Assembly: GCA_963663965.2 (NCBI GenBank)
Contig: CAXXFK010000015.1
Span: forward strand, 32,001 to 96,000
Direction of reading: 5' to 3'
DNA: 64,000 nt
DNA from: Sedimentisphaerales bacterium
GTDB taxonomy: Bacteria > Planctomycetota > Phycisphaerae > Sedimentisphaerales > SM23-30
Both the position numbers and the translations under genes were made by a program. Positions 1 through 10,114 of this stretch are shown piece by piece (position 1 is the stretch's first letter; each line of letters opens with the position of its first letter). Under the pieces are notes generated by a model that saw only the letters and a program-made list of their open reading frames with translations, did no database searches and was not told the origin of the DNA.

Positions 1-1352
<1,352 letters not shown>

Positions 1353-1368
1353 TTATCATTGAACATCG

Positions 1369-1656
1369 TTAATCCAGCACAGCTAGAATTTCACTTTCGC
1401 GCAGAATGACAAATTTTACGCCATCCACTTCCACTTCTGTGCCTGCGTAGCGGCCATAGAATACTTCATCATTTTTCTTAACCGCAATCGGAGCACGCTG
1501 TCCGTTATCCAGCAATTTGCCGGGGCCCATTGCAACCACTTTGCCACGCTGGGGTTTTTCCTTGGCTGAATCGGGCAGGACAATACCACCGGCCGTTACT
1601 TCTTCAGCATCGCTCTGCTTAACCACAATTCTGTCATCCAAAGGTTTGATATTCAT
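1369..1656 (-). CDS. groES: Co-chaperonin GroES
   Basis: [45 protein letters not shown]; 95 aa. Confidence 0.98.
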   Translation of the reverse strand: MNIKPLDDRIVVKQSDAEEVTAGGIVLPDSAKEKPQRGKVVAMGPGKLLDNGQRAPIAVKKNDEVFYGRYAGTEVEVDGVKFVILRESEILAVLD

Positions 1657-1722
1657 TATGTCAGACTCCTGTCAATTTAGTTTATAATTTTCGGTTATTT
1701 CAGGTTTGATTTTGTCCATCCA

Positions 1723-3405
1723 TTACATCATGCCACCCATGCCACCCATGCCTCCCATTCCGCCCATACCTCCCATGCCACCCATGCCGTCCATGTCGGG
1801 CATACCGGCGGCCGACTTTTCTTTGGGCTTTTCGGTAATCACGGCATCGGTGGTCAGCAATAAACCGGCCACGCTGGCGGCATTGTTAAGGGCGCTTCGA
1901 ACGACCTTGACGGGATCGATAACGCCAGCTTTAATAAGATCTTCATAGACCATCGTGTCGGCATTAAATCCGAAAGCAACTTTATCGGTAGCCGCAACTT
2001 TATTGACCACCACATTGCCTTCTTCGCCAGCATTTGACGCAATGGTCATCATGGGAACCTTCAGGGCATTGTATACAATCGTGGCGCCCATCTTTTCATC
2101 GCCCTTTAACTTCATGTTTTCGATCGCACTACGGCAACGCAACAGGGCAACGCCGCCACCAGGGACAATGCCTTCCTCAAGCGCCGCGCGGGTCGCATGC
2201 AAAGCATCTTCCACCCTGGCTTTCTTTTCTTTCATTTCCGCTTCACTATGGGCGCCAACGTACACTTCCGCAACGCCACCGGCAAGTTTGGCTAACCGTT
2301 CCTGCAATTTTTCGCGATCATAATCACTGGTCGTGATTTCGATCTCACGCCGGATTTGCTCGATGCGTCCCTGTACGGCTTTGCGATCAGCTTTTTCATG
2401 GACGATCGTCGTATTGTCATTATCGATGGTAATTTTCGTGGCGGTCCCCAGATCAGCCAGTCCGACACTTTCCAGATCAATACCCAGATCTTTAAAAATA
2501 GGCCGTGCGCCGGTCAGGATGGCGATATCCTGTAACATGGCTTTGCGCCGGTCACCAAAACCAGGCGCCTTAACTGCCGCAACGTTCAATATGCCGCGCA
2601 GTTTGTTAACCACCAACGTTGCCAAAGCTTCGCCATCTACGTCCTCGGCAATAATCAGCAGGGCGCGCTTGCTTTTCGCAATATTTTCCAGCAATGGCAC
2701 CAATTTCTGGGCAGAAGAGATCTTGTCCTCATGGATTAAAATCAGAGGATTATTCAGTTCACAGGTCATACTATCCGGATCCGTTATAAAATTGGGAGAC
2801 AGATAGCCACGATCAAACTGCATTCCCTCAACCACATCAACATAGGTGTCCATGGACTTACTTTCTTCCACGGTAATGACACCATCTTTACCGACTTTTT
2901 CGAACGCTTCGGCCATGATTTCGCCGATAGCGCGATCATTATTCGCGCTTATTGAAGCAATATTCACAATATCATTTTTGCGGGCAATATTAACGGGGGT
3001 GCTGATTTCCGAGAGTTTTTTGCCAACGGCATCCACTGCCGCCTTCATTCCCCGTTGCAAAGCCATGGCATCAACGCCGGCGGCAATCGCACGAAAAGCT
3101 TCCTTGAAGATCGCCTCGGTCAGGACGGTCGCCGTGGTCGTTCCATCACCAGCCACATCGGACGTTTTACTGGCAGCTTCTTTGACCAGTTTGGCACCGA
3201 TGTTTTCAACTTTGTCTTTCAATTCAATTTCTTCAGCCACCGTTACGCCATCCTTAGTAACCAGCGGGCCGCCCCAACTTTTATCGAGAACGACATTTCG
3301 CCCCCGAGGCCCCAAGGTGCTTTTCACCGCAGCGGCCAGTTTGGTAACGCCCCGAAGGAGAGCTTCGCGAGCTTCAATATCAAAAGCAAGATCCTTAACT
3401 GCCAT
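1723..3405 (-). CDS. groEL: Chaperonin GroEL with GGM tail
   Basis: [50 protein letters not shown]-terminal (GGM)n. Confidence 0.98.
   Translation of the reverse strand: MAVKDLAFDIEAREALLRGVTKLAAAVKSTLGPRGRNVVLDKSWGGPLVTKDGVTVAEEIELKDKVENIGAKLVKEAASKTSDVAGDGTTTATVLTEAIFKEAFRAIAAGVDAMALQRGMKAAVDAVGKKLSEISTPVNIARKNDIVNIASISANNDRAIGEIMAEAFEKVGKDGVITVEESKSMDTYVDVVEGMQFDRGYLSPNFITDPDSMTCELNNPLILIHEDKISSAQKLVPLLENIAKSKRALLIIAEDVDGEALATLVVNKLRGILNVAAVKAPGFGDRRKAMLQDIAILTGARPIFKDLGIDLESVGLADLGTATKITIDNDNTTIVHEKADRKAVQGRIEQIRREIEITTSDYDREKLQERLAKLAGGVAEVYVGAHSEAEMKEKKARVEDALHATRAALEEGIVPGGGVALLRCRSAIENMKLKGDEKMGATIVYNALKVPMMTIASNAGEEGNVVVNKVAATDKVAFGFNADTMVYEDLIKAGVIDPVKVVRSALNNAASVAGLLLTTDAVITEKPKEKSAAGMPDMDGMGGMGGMGGMGGMGGMGGMM
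1726..1794 (-). repeat. 9-bp coding tandem repeat encoding the GroEL (GGM)n tail
   Basis: Repeated ccacccatg-type units. Confidence 0.9.
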
Positions 3406-3479
3406 AACGTCTGTCTCCTTATTATGAAAAAATAGTTTACGTGCATACTAGGGTTCTAAACAAACTTAAGATATTAGTA

Positions 3480-3495
3480 TGCAACTTTAGTGCCA
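3480..3495 (-). promoter_or_regulatory. Sigma54 (RpoN) -24/-12 promoter of groEL-groES-groEL
   Basis: Minus strand reads TGGCAC-TAAAG-TTGCA, an exact match to TGGCAC-N5-TTGCW, about 75 bp upstream of the groEL ATG. Confidence 0.85.
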
Positions 3496-3536
3496 GACAC
3501 CGCCAAAGAGAATCATGCACGTTGTTATTTATTATT

Positions 3537-3549
3537 TATCAACACGTTA
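3537..3549. promoter_or_regulatory. IHF-type binding site
   Basis: TATCAACACGTTA matches WATCAANNNNTTR with an AT-rich 5' flank; lies between the sigma54 promoter and the upstream boxes. Confidence 0.6.
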
Positions 3550-3594
3550 TGAATATTACGATTATGTCTTATGTCAGAACTTCATTATTTATAC

Positions 3595-3639
3595 TGCCAG
3601 AGTGACAATCCTTTATTTTCTGCCATTGCCAACCTGACA
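3595..3639. promoter_or_regulatory. Paired dyad boxes, candidate enhancer (UAS) for a sigma54 activator
   Basis: TGCCA-GAG-TGACA (3595-3607) and TGCCA-ACC-TGACA (3627-3639), 32 bp apart. Confidence 0.6.
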
Positions 3640-3743
3640 GTCTGAATTTCATGTTTTATAAAACCGCCTTTTCATCCATCGAGTCATTCGGTTGAATGCG
3701 AATACAATCCCAGAGGGGCAACCCGGCTGATTAAATATTTTTG

Positions 3744-3771
3744 TTTACAGGATAACTATTTCAGTTATAAT
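3744..3771 (+). promoter_or_regulatory. Sigma70-type promoter of rtcB
   Basis: TTTACA-N16-TATAAT. Confidence 0.6.
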
Positions 3772-3817
3772 GGTTTACTGTTATGTTTATTGGGATTGGT
3801 AAACAGGTTTATTCACC

Positions 3818-5224
3818 ATGAAAACACGAGAACTTGAAAATCTGGGCATTCCTTCCGGCGCCCCCATGGATGCCGTCAGACAAATGATTATCAAGCTTAG
3901 CAGTAATCGTACAGACCGTCCTAAAAAATCCGATTTAAGAAAAACTGTTCAAGATTTATCAGAAAATCCTGAAAAGTATTCCCAGGATGCTCTTTGGGGA
4001 CACGTCGCCAAAATGATTATTGAAACACGACAATGCCGATCACGTTTTGAAGATCGAGAGAAAAGCGCTCCCTGGGAACAATGGGGAAATGATTTAGATC
4101 CGGAATCAATCAAACAAATCGAAAATGCCTGTAAACTCCCCATCTCGGTGGCAGGCGCCTTAATGCCGGACGCCCATGTCGGTTATGGATTGCCAATCGG
4201 AGGGGTACTGGGCACAGATAATGCGGTTATTCCTTACGCCGTCGGGGTCGACATCGCCTGTCGGATGAAGATGACAGTATTGGATCTGCCTTCAAACGCA
4301 CTAACCGGCCAATCGGACCGCCTTAAAAACGCCATCCACAGCGAAACCCGTTTTGGCGTTGGCGCGACCTTTAAGAAACGCCGGGAACACAAAGTCATGG
4401 ATGAAAACTGGTCATTCAGTCCGATTATCCGTAAATTAAAAGACAAAGCCTGGGACCAACTTGGCACCAGCGGCAGCGGGAATCATTTTGTTGAATTCGG
4501 CACGCTCACTCTCGAACATGCAGGCCTTGGTCTGGAGGCGGGCACCTATATTGCATTGTTAAGTCACAGCGGCAGCCGAGGAGCAGGCAATGAAACAGCC
4601 ACCTGGTATAGTAAACTCGCAATGGATCAGCATCCGGAATTACCTCACGGATTAAAACAGCTAGCGTGGCTGGATTTGAACAGTCAGGCAGGCCAAGAAT
4701 ATTGGAAAGCAATGGAGTTAATGGGAAACTACGCTGCTGCCAACCATTTTCTGATTCATAAACATATTGCGCGCTATTTAGGGGTTGACGTTTTGCTTGA
4801 TATCGAGAATCACCATAATTTTGCCTGGAAGGAAGTTCATAATGGCCGGGAATTGATTATTCATCGCAAGGGCGCCACTCCCGCCGGCACCGGAGTAATC
4901 GGAATCATACCCGGTTCCATGGCTGCGCCAGGATATGTTGTCAGAGGGAAAGGAAATATTTTATCCTTAAATTCGGCCTCCCACGGAGCCGGCCGGGCCG
5001 TCAGCCGTAAAAAAGCCAAGGAGCAATTTAACTGGTATCAGGCCAGACAAATATTGGAGCGTGAAGGAATAACAGTCATATCAGCAGGACTTGATGAAGT
5101 TCCCATGGCTTATAAAGATATTCATACTGTCATGAACGCTCAAAAAGATTTAGTTGAGATTATCGCCCGCTTCGATCCGAAATTAGTCAAAATGGCGCCA
5201 GCCGGAGAACGGCCGGAAGACTAA
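3818..5224 (+). CDS. rtcB: RtcB-family RNA ligase with N-terminal helical extension
   Basis: PDAHVGYG, VGVDIAC, GSGNHFVE, SHSGSRG, HHNFA, HRKGAT, SHGAGR, DEVPMAYK motifs. Confidence 0.95.
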   Translation: MKTRELENLGIPSGAPMDAVRQMIIKLSSNRTDRPKKSDLRKTVQDLSENPEKYSQDALWGHVAKMIIETRQCRSRFEDREKSAPWEQWGNDLDPESIKQIENACKLPISVAGALMPDAHVGYGLPIGGVLGTDNAVIPYAVGVDIACRMKMTVLDLPSNALTGQSDRLKNAIHSETRFGVGATFKKRREHKVMDENWSFSPIIRKLKDKAWDQLGTSGSGNHFVEFGTLTLEHAGLGLEAGTYIALLSHSGSRGAGNETATWYSKLAMDQHPELPHGLKQLAWLDLNSQAGQEYWKAMELMGNYAAANHFLIHKHIARYLGVDVLLDIENHHNFAWKEVHNGRELIIHRKGATPAGTGVIGIIPGSMAAPGYVVRGKGNILSLNSASHGAGRAVSRKKAKEQFNWYQARQILEREGITVISAGLDEVPMAYKDIHTVMNAQKDLVEIIARFDPKLVKMAPAGERPED

Positions 5225-5353
5225 GGCTGGGTGTAATAAATTTAAAGGATTGTGTGTTAACCTAGTATACATTTGATATATTCATATTTTTCATTGATAC
5301 TCTATTTATTATATATATTTTTATTACTATCTATCATTTAAGGATTTAGAGTT

Positions 5354-6451
5354 ATGATAATATTTTGGGTTATTCGTGCCGCATTTATTATGATGATTAT
5401 TGCCGCGGGTCTTTTTGGAATCCGATCTCTGTCAGGTCTTGAGCAATCCGGAACAGACGAAGGCCTCTCAGGAGATCTTAATACCGTCTACTGGTTATCC
5501 GTTTTAAGTTGTTTTCTGATTGTAATTATTGGCCTGACGGTAGATCTCCTGGTACCGCGTAAACGGATTTCCGCATTAGCCGGGGTGTTTTTTGGAATTG
5601 TGGTAGGCGTTTTAATTGGTCTGGCTTTTGGTTATGTCGTCGAAATGATCTATGAAACATACAACATAACAGAAAACAGTTATCCTGCGCTTTATAATTA
5701 TAAGATCCTCATAAAAATTCTAATTAATGTCTTATGTTGCTACTGGGCAGTTACTTTTGTCATGCAGACCAAGGATGATTTTCGGTTCATTATCCCTTAT
5801 GTCGAATTTTCCAAACAGACCAGGGGCACCAATCCTTTGCTGCTGGATACTTCAGTCATCATTGATGGGCGAATTGCAGATATAACCCTTACGGGAGTTT
5901 TCAATTCTCAGCTGGTCGTTCCGCGTTTTATATTAAATGAACTGCAATTGATCGCCGATTCATCAGACCGACTGAAAAGAAACCGGGGCCGCAGAGGTCT
6001 TGACATATTGAATAAAATGCAATTGGATGATCACATTGATATCGTAATCAAAGACATCGAGTTGACCACCCGCGAGCAAAAAGAACCCGTAGACCATAAA
6101 CTGGTCGCGGCGGCCGCCATATTAAACGGACGAATTGTCACCAATGACTTTAATCTGAACAAGGTATGTACCCTGCGTAAGATCCCTGTGATCAATATTA
6201 ACGATTTAGCCAGTTCCCTCAAGGCCGTGGTCCTGCCAGGCGAACAGATGCAAATCAAAATTGTCAAACAGGGGGATCAACCTGGCCAGGGGGTTGGTTA
6301 TCTGGATGATGGGACGATGGTAGTAGTGGACGAAGGACGCCACCACTTGGGAAAAACCGTGGATATCACCGTAACATCCGCACTACAAACCGCCGCCGGT
6401 CGAATGATTTTCGGAAAAATTGGATCTGACCGTAACGATGCTGAAAAATAG
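5354..6451 (+). CDS. Membrane PIN/TRAM-domain protein (YacL family)
   Basis: About 4 N-terminal TM helices; PIN motifs LLDTSVIIDGRI, ELQ, RGRRGLDIL, VDHKL, TNDFNL; TRAM GVGYLDDGTMVVV and TAAGRMIF. Confidence 0.92.
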   Translation: MIIFWVIRAAFIMMIIAAGLFGIRSLSGLEQSGTDEGLSGDLNTVYWLSVLSCFLIVIIGLTVDLLVPRKRISALAGVFFGIVVGVLIGLAFGYVVEMIYETYNITENSYPALYNYKILIKILINVLCCYWAVTFVMQTKDDFRFIIPYVEFSKQTRGTNPLLLDTSVIIDGRIADITLTGVFNSQLVVPRFILNELQLIADSSDRLKRNRGRRGLDILNKMQLDDHIDIVIKDIELTTREQKEPVDHKLVAAAAILNGRIVTNDFNLNKVCTLRKIPVININDLASSLKAVVLPGEQMQIKIVKQGDQPGQGVGYLDDGTMVVVDEGRHHLGKTVDITVTSALQTAAGRMIFGKIGSDRNDAEK

Positions 6452-6487
6452 CGCCTTACCTCCCCGCAACCGGCGACTCAACGTGAT

Positions 6488-7399
6488 TTAATGGGGACGA
6501 CTCAAGAAACCAATCGTTGATTCCATAATCCGCTGGCGGAAGACATTTTGTCTGGTCGCTTCGCTTTGCTCCTTTAAATCATCCAGATTGGCCAGGCAAA
6601 ACCGGCATCCCAATTTGTTCAAATGGAAATCGACATAATCCTGCCATTGGGATTCCAGTGTACCAAGTAACCATTGCCCAATAGTACTGCGTTTTGGACA
6701 ACTGGGCCGAAGCGCCTCCCAGACATCGGTTAATAACGTTTCAAAGGAATCGGCCAACGGATCACCACAGAAATCTTTAGCTTCAATTAGACTATGAACC
6801 TGTTTAAGGCAACGATGTTTAATGACTGCAACGTTTTTTTCACTGATGTCCAGCATGGCGGCAATTTGCTGGTTGGCAATTCTGGCATAAAATACCAAAT
6901 CTACTATTTGCAGGTTACGAAAATTCAGGGAATCTTTTAGATCGGTTACCAGGGTTTGCAACGCTTGCAAAAGGGCTTCCTTGTGTAATTCGTGCTGTTC
7001 ATCCTGGCGGACATACCAGCTGGCGGTCGGTTCAGTACCGGCAATCCGGTCAAACATATCGCCGTGCGAGTCATTGTCATCAGCCCGATAAACATCATTA
7101 ACCAGACACAGATTTTTTTTGGATTGACGACCCCGATAGGTATCAATAATTTTTCGTCGCAAAATCGTAAACAGCCAGGTTTCGATACCGGCATCACCAC
7201 GATACCTGTCCAGAGATCGTAAAAAGGCAATAAAAGTATCCTGAACGACATCTTCGGCGTCGGCTTTCTGTCCCAGAGAAGATTGCGCAAAGGATAATAA
7301 TCGCCCTTGATAACGACCAACCAACTGATCCCACGCTTCGGAGGAACCCTGTTTAATTTGCTCTAATAAAAACTGTTCTGCCGGATTTAGTTCTGCCAT
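6488..7399 (-). CDS. ECF sigma factor with C-terminal zinc anti-sigma-like extension
   Basis: Region 2 DAEDVVQDTF...TWLFTILRRKIID; region 4 NQQIAAMLDISEKNV; tail C-x24-HLNKLGCRFC. ATG 7399 preferred over TTG 7405. Confidence 0.88.
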   Translation of the reverse strand: MAELNPAEQFLLEQIKQGSSEAWDQLVGRYQGRLLSFAQSSLGQKADAEDVVQDTFIAFLRSLDRYRGDAGIETWLFTILRRKIIDTYRGRQSKKNLCLVNDVYRADDNDSHGDMFDRIAGTEPTASWYVRQDEQHELHKEALLQALQTLVTDLKDSLNFRNLQIVDLVFYARIANQQIAAMLDISEKNVAVIKHRCLKQVHSLIEAKDFCGDPLADSFETLLTDVWEALRPSCPKRSTIGQWLLGTLESQWQDYVDFHLNKLGCRFCLANLDDLKEQSEATRQNVFRQRIMESTIGFLSRPH

Positions 7400-7403
7400 A
7401 TCC

Positions 7404-7436
7404 AAACACTCCGCCGCGAGTACCCGCCGAGTGTTT
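7404..7436 (-). promoter_or_regulatory. Stem-loop overlapping the ECF Shine-Dalgarno
   Basis: AAACACTC...GAGTGTTT 8-bp inverted repeat whose 3' arm overlaps the GGAG at 7409-7412. Confidence 0.5.
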
Positions 7437-7448
7437 ATACGGCCGGCC

Positions 7449-8918
7449 TCACGCCAGACACAAAAAAAATATCACTGCCGCAGCCAGTACCACACCAGCA
7501 AGCAGTTTTAATACCAAACTATAATATCCCTTTGTAGCATAATTCAGGAATATGTAAAGCAGAAAAATAAGAACCAGTAATCCGGCTAGTTGCAGTAAGT
7601 TTTTTATCCACATAGAGTTGTGAGCAGAATGTTTATCCAGAAAGAATTTAGACGCATTATGGATAATTTGTGGATTCACCTTCAACAGAATTGCTTCCCG
7701 GCAAATTTGACCGGCCGTTCCCTTTAATTGCTGCTTATAGGCATCTGCCAGGAGTCCTAATTCTTTTAACTGGCTTTCATTCAGATCCACTTGAGGATTA
7801 TGGATATCATAATCAACCTCCAAACTCTGCATAATCATAGGTTTCAGCCAATTGATTGCGTTGTTAACAGCCTGTTCATGTGCCAGTACTGGATTATCCG
7901 GAACGGCATCATTTGATCGGGCAACAAACCAGGTATAATCTTTTTTATCGTTGGCCAGTTCACCCAGAAGATTGACCCAGGGTTTATGGTAAAATGGGGC
8001 CGATCGCACAGCAAATCCATTATTATCATAAACAGCAACTTTGAGTTCGCCTTTGATCGGAATATAAACATTTTCACTCTCTATCTGACTGATTTTCCTC
8101 GAAATCATTCCGATTCTACCAGATTGATTTAGTGCTTCAAACGCATCAGGAGTATCCGGTTCAGCTATTTGTCCTTCCTGAACTTCCTGATTTTCGGGGG
8201 GACTTTGTTTTATTGATATAATTCCAAAATCGACTAATTCCTGAGGTGATACGGGTATTGGCAAATCTAACCGATTAACACAAACAGCAATTTGTATTTC
8301 GTCGGGTCCAATATCAGGAGCAGATGAACCTTGTTCATAAGTAAGCATTTCAACCTTAGCATCAGGGCAGTTACGAATGATTTCATCTGTCATGGATTCT
8401 AATATTTTTTGAACTACTATTACATTCTGCCTTGAAGAGTCAATGGGATCGTATGATAATTCCAAAGCCATATTACCGATAGCCCCCTGGGGTAATACCG
8501 GCATAATGTAGATTTTGGAAAGTGAATCGAGACCTTGAATAGTTTCTTGAAGGTGGTTACTCAGTTCATTTATCAACCCTACGGCCGCAGCCTGAATAGT
8601 CGGATAATTATCAGCAGGAAATTTACGATCGATAGCCTCATCCCAGATGGTTGGAGAGGTCATACTCGCTGAAACCACCTCTACTTCCGCCTGGTTATAC
8701 AATTCAACCGGTTGAGCGACTTTGTGTCTCATAGATAACCGTACGGACATGAGAACCACTATAACCGCGCCCAGAAATAATACGCTAACAGCAGTTATTA
8801 TCTTACCTTTTTTTGGCAATATGATCAGCGCTACGATTATACCAATCACGATAGCCAGGATGGGCCAAATTGCAAATACTATTTTGGGTTGCATAACCAT
8901 AAAGTAAACTCTTTCCAT
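7449..8918 (-). CDS. Membrane protein of unknown function (2 N-terminal TM, large soluble domain, 2 C-terminal TM)
   Basis: Hydrophobic ends; shares motifs with 8918..10114; TGATG overlap with the upstream gene. Confidence 0.8.
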   Translation of the reverse strand: MERVYFMVMQPKIVFAIWPILAIVIGIIVALIILPKKGKIITAVSVLFLGAVIVVLMSVRLSMRHKVAQPVELYNQAEVEVVSASMTSPTIWDEAIDRKFPADNYPTIQAAAVGLINELSNHLQETIQGLDSLSKIYIMPVLPQGAIGNMALELSYDPIDSSRQNVIVVQKILESMTDEIIRNCPDAKVEMLTYEQGSSAPDIGPDEIQIAVCVNRLDLPIPVSPQELVDFGIISIKQSPPENQEVQEGQIAEPDTPDAFEALNQSGRIGMISRKISQIESENVYIPIKGELKVAVYDNNGFAVRSAPFYHKPWVNLLGELANDKKDYTWFVARSNDAVPDNPVLAHEQAVNNAINWLKPMIMQSLEVDYDIHNPQVDLNESQLKELGLLADAYKQQLKGTAGQICREAILLKVNPQIIHNASKFFLDKHSAHNSMWIKNLLQLAGLLVLIFLLYIFLNYATKGYYSLVLKLLAGVVLAAAVIFFLCLA

Positions 8919-10114
8919 CAAAATAATGTATGAATCCGTGATCCATTAATTCTTATTATAAACAGAGTCAGCAATATTATTGGAATGATCAATCCCAGAA
9001 TAACCCAAAAACCGCCGATTTTTTTTCGCATCCGCGTCGCATATTGCAATATCAGCCCAACTACTAATATCAGAAATAAAATACCCAAACAGGACGCCCA
9101 TGGAGCCATCGCTATGGCCCGATTCTGATGAGTGGCAACAGAGACAGGCGCGATCTGATCCGGATTCTTAATCAAAAGCGCCGCCCGCCAGATAGGACCA
9201 GATTCACCATCGATTCGCTGAACAAACTGGTCCTCTATTTTATCGGTTGCCAACCGATTGGTAAAATCATTGAGCTCAAATGAACCAGGATAATTGTTGT
9301 TAAGCAGAACACTCAAATTATCAAGCGCCTGTTGAACCGCTTCTTCTTTAGATGCACAAGCCGTACTGGAACGGGTGATTATATATTGCTGGTAATTTCG
9401 CAAAGTAGAATATTGGTGAAAATTATCCAGCCACAGATGATAATCGTATGGGACCGATCTCGACAGTTTTCCAGCAGGACCGGTCAGATCGAACATTACA
9501 TTACCCTGACAGGCTATAATCCGGCCATTTGACGCCGTTGACCGCGTCCTGTTACAGGATACCCTTATGGTCAGGGCTTCTGGATCCGTATTTCGAATCG
9601 TTGAGGAAGGAACCGCGGATTCCAGCAGAATCTTAACATCATCCTGATAGATGGTTTCCAAGGTTTGCGCCAGCGCCTGGAGGGTATCATATTTTAAAAG
9701 ATCATTATCGACAGATCCATAAATTTGAATGCGTGTTGGCAAGTGGGAGGAGGAATCGGCATTTTCCAGGCAAATCTGCCCAATCTGATCAGGCAATTGA
9801 TGAGCCAATCCGCGAGCAGCCGATTCCGGATTGGGATAGATATCCGCCGGTCTTTGATCGGCAATACCAGATGGTTTCCAGATATCCGGCAACTCTTCCG
9901 GGGCCTGGGAAAAATGATAATCGGCATGAATAGGACTAGACATTGTATCATCAACGATACTCGCCGTTCGAGAACGAGGCGCTGCGACAAAATGGAAACT
10001 AAATACTATGCCAAACAGCACCAGCAGAGTCAATAATCCCGCTCGCCATGATCTGACAAAGATCACTACAATCATAATAATGACCAGTAATTCCACAATT
10101 CCTATCGCCATCAT
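8918..10114 (-). CDS. Membrane protein of unknown function, paralog of 7449..8918
   Basis: Same topology; PADIYP/PADNYP and other shared motifs; ATGA overlap with the kinase stop. Confidence 0.8.
   Translation of the reverse strand: MMAIGIVELLVIIMIVVIFVRSWRAGLLTLLVLFGIVFSFHFVAAPRSRTASIVDDTMSSPIHADYHFSQAPEELPDIWKPSGIADQRPADIYPNPESAARGLAHQLPDQIGQICLENADSSSHLPTRIQIYGSVDNDLLKYDTLQALAQTLETIYQDDVKILLESAVPSSTIRNTDPEALTIRVSCNRTRSTASNGRIIACQGNVMFDLTGPAGKLSRSVPYDYHLWLDNFHQYSTLRNYQQYIITRSSTACASKEEAVQQALDNLSVLLNNNYPGSFELNDFTNRLATDKIEDQFVQRIDGESGPIWRAALLIKNPDQIAPVSVATHQNRAIAMAPWASCLGILFLILVVGLILQYATRMRKKIGGFWVILGLIIPIILLTLFIIRINGSRIHTLF

Noticed and set aside
3480..3495. Sigma54 promoter serving rtcB as in the E. 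coli RtcR system
   Set aside because: It points toward groEL; rtcB has its own sigma70-like promoter and no rtcR is present.
3406..3817. CIRCE/HrcA operator
   Set aside because: No TTAGCACTC-N9-GAGTGCTAA; the TAGTGCCA look-alike is the sigma54 -24 box.
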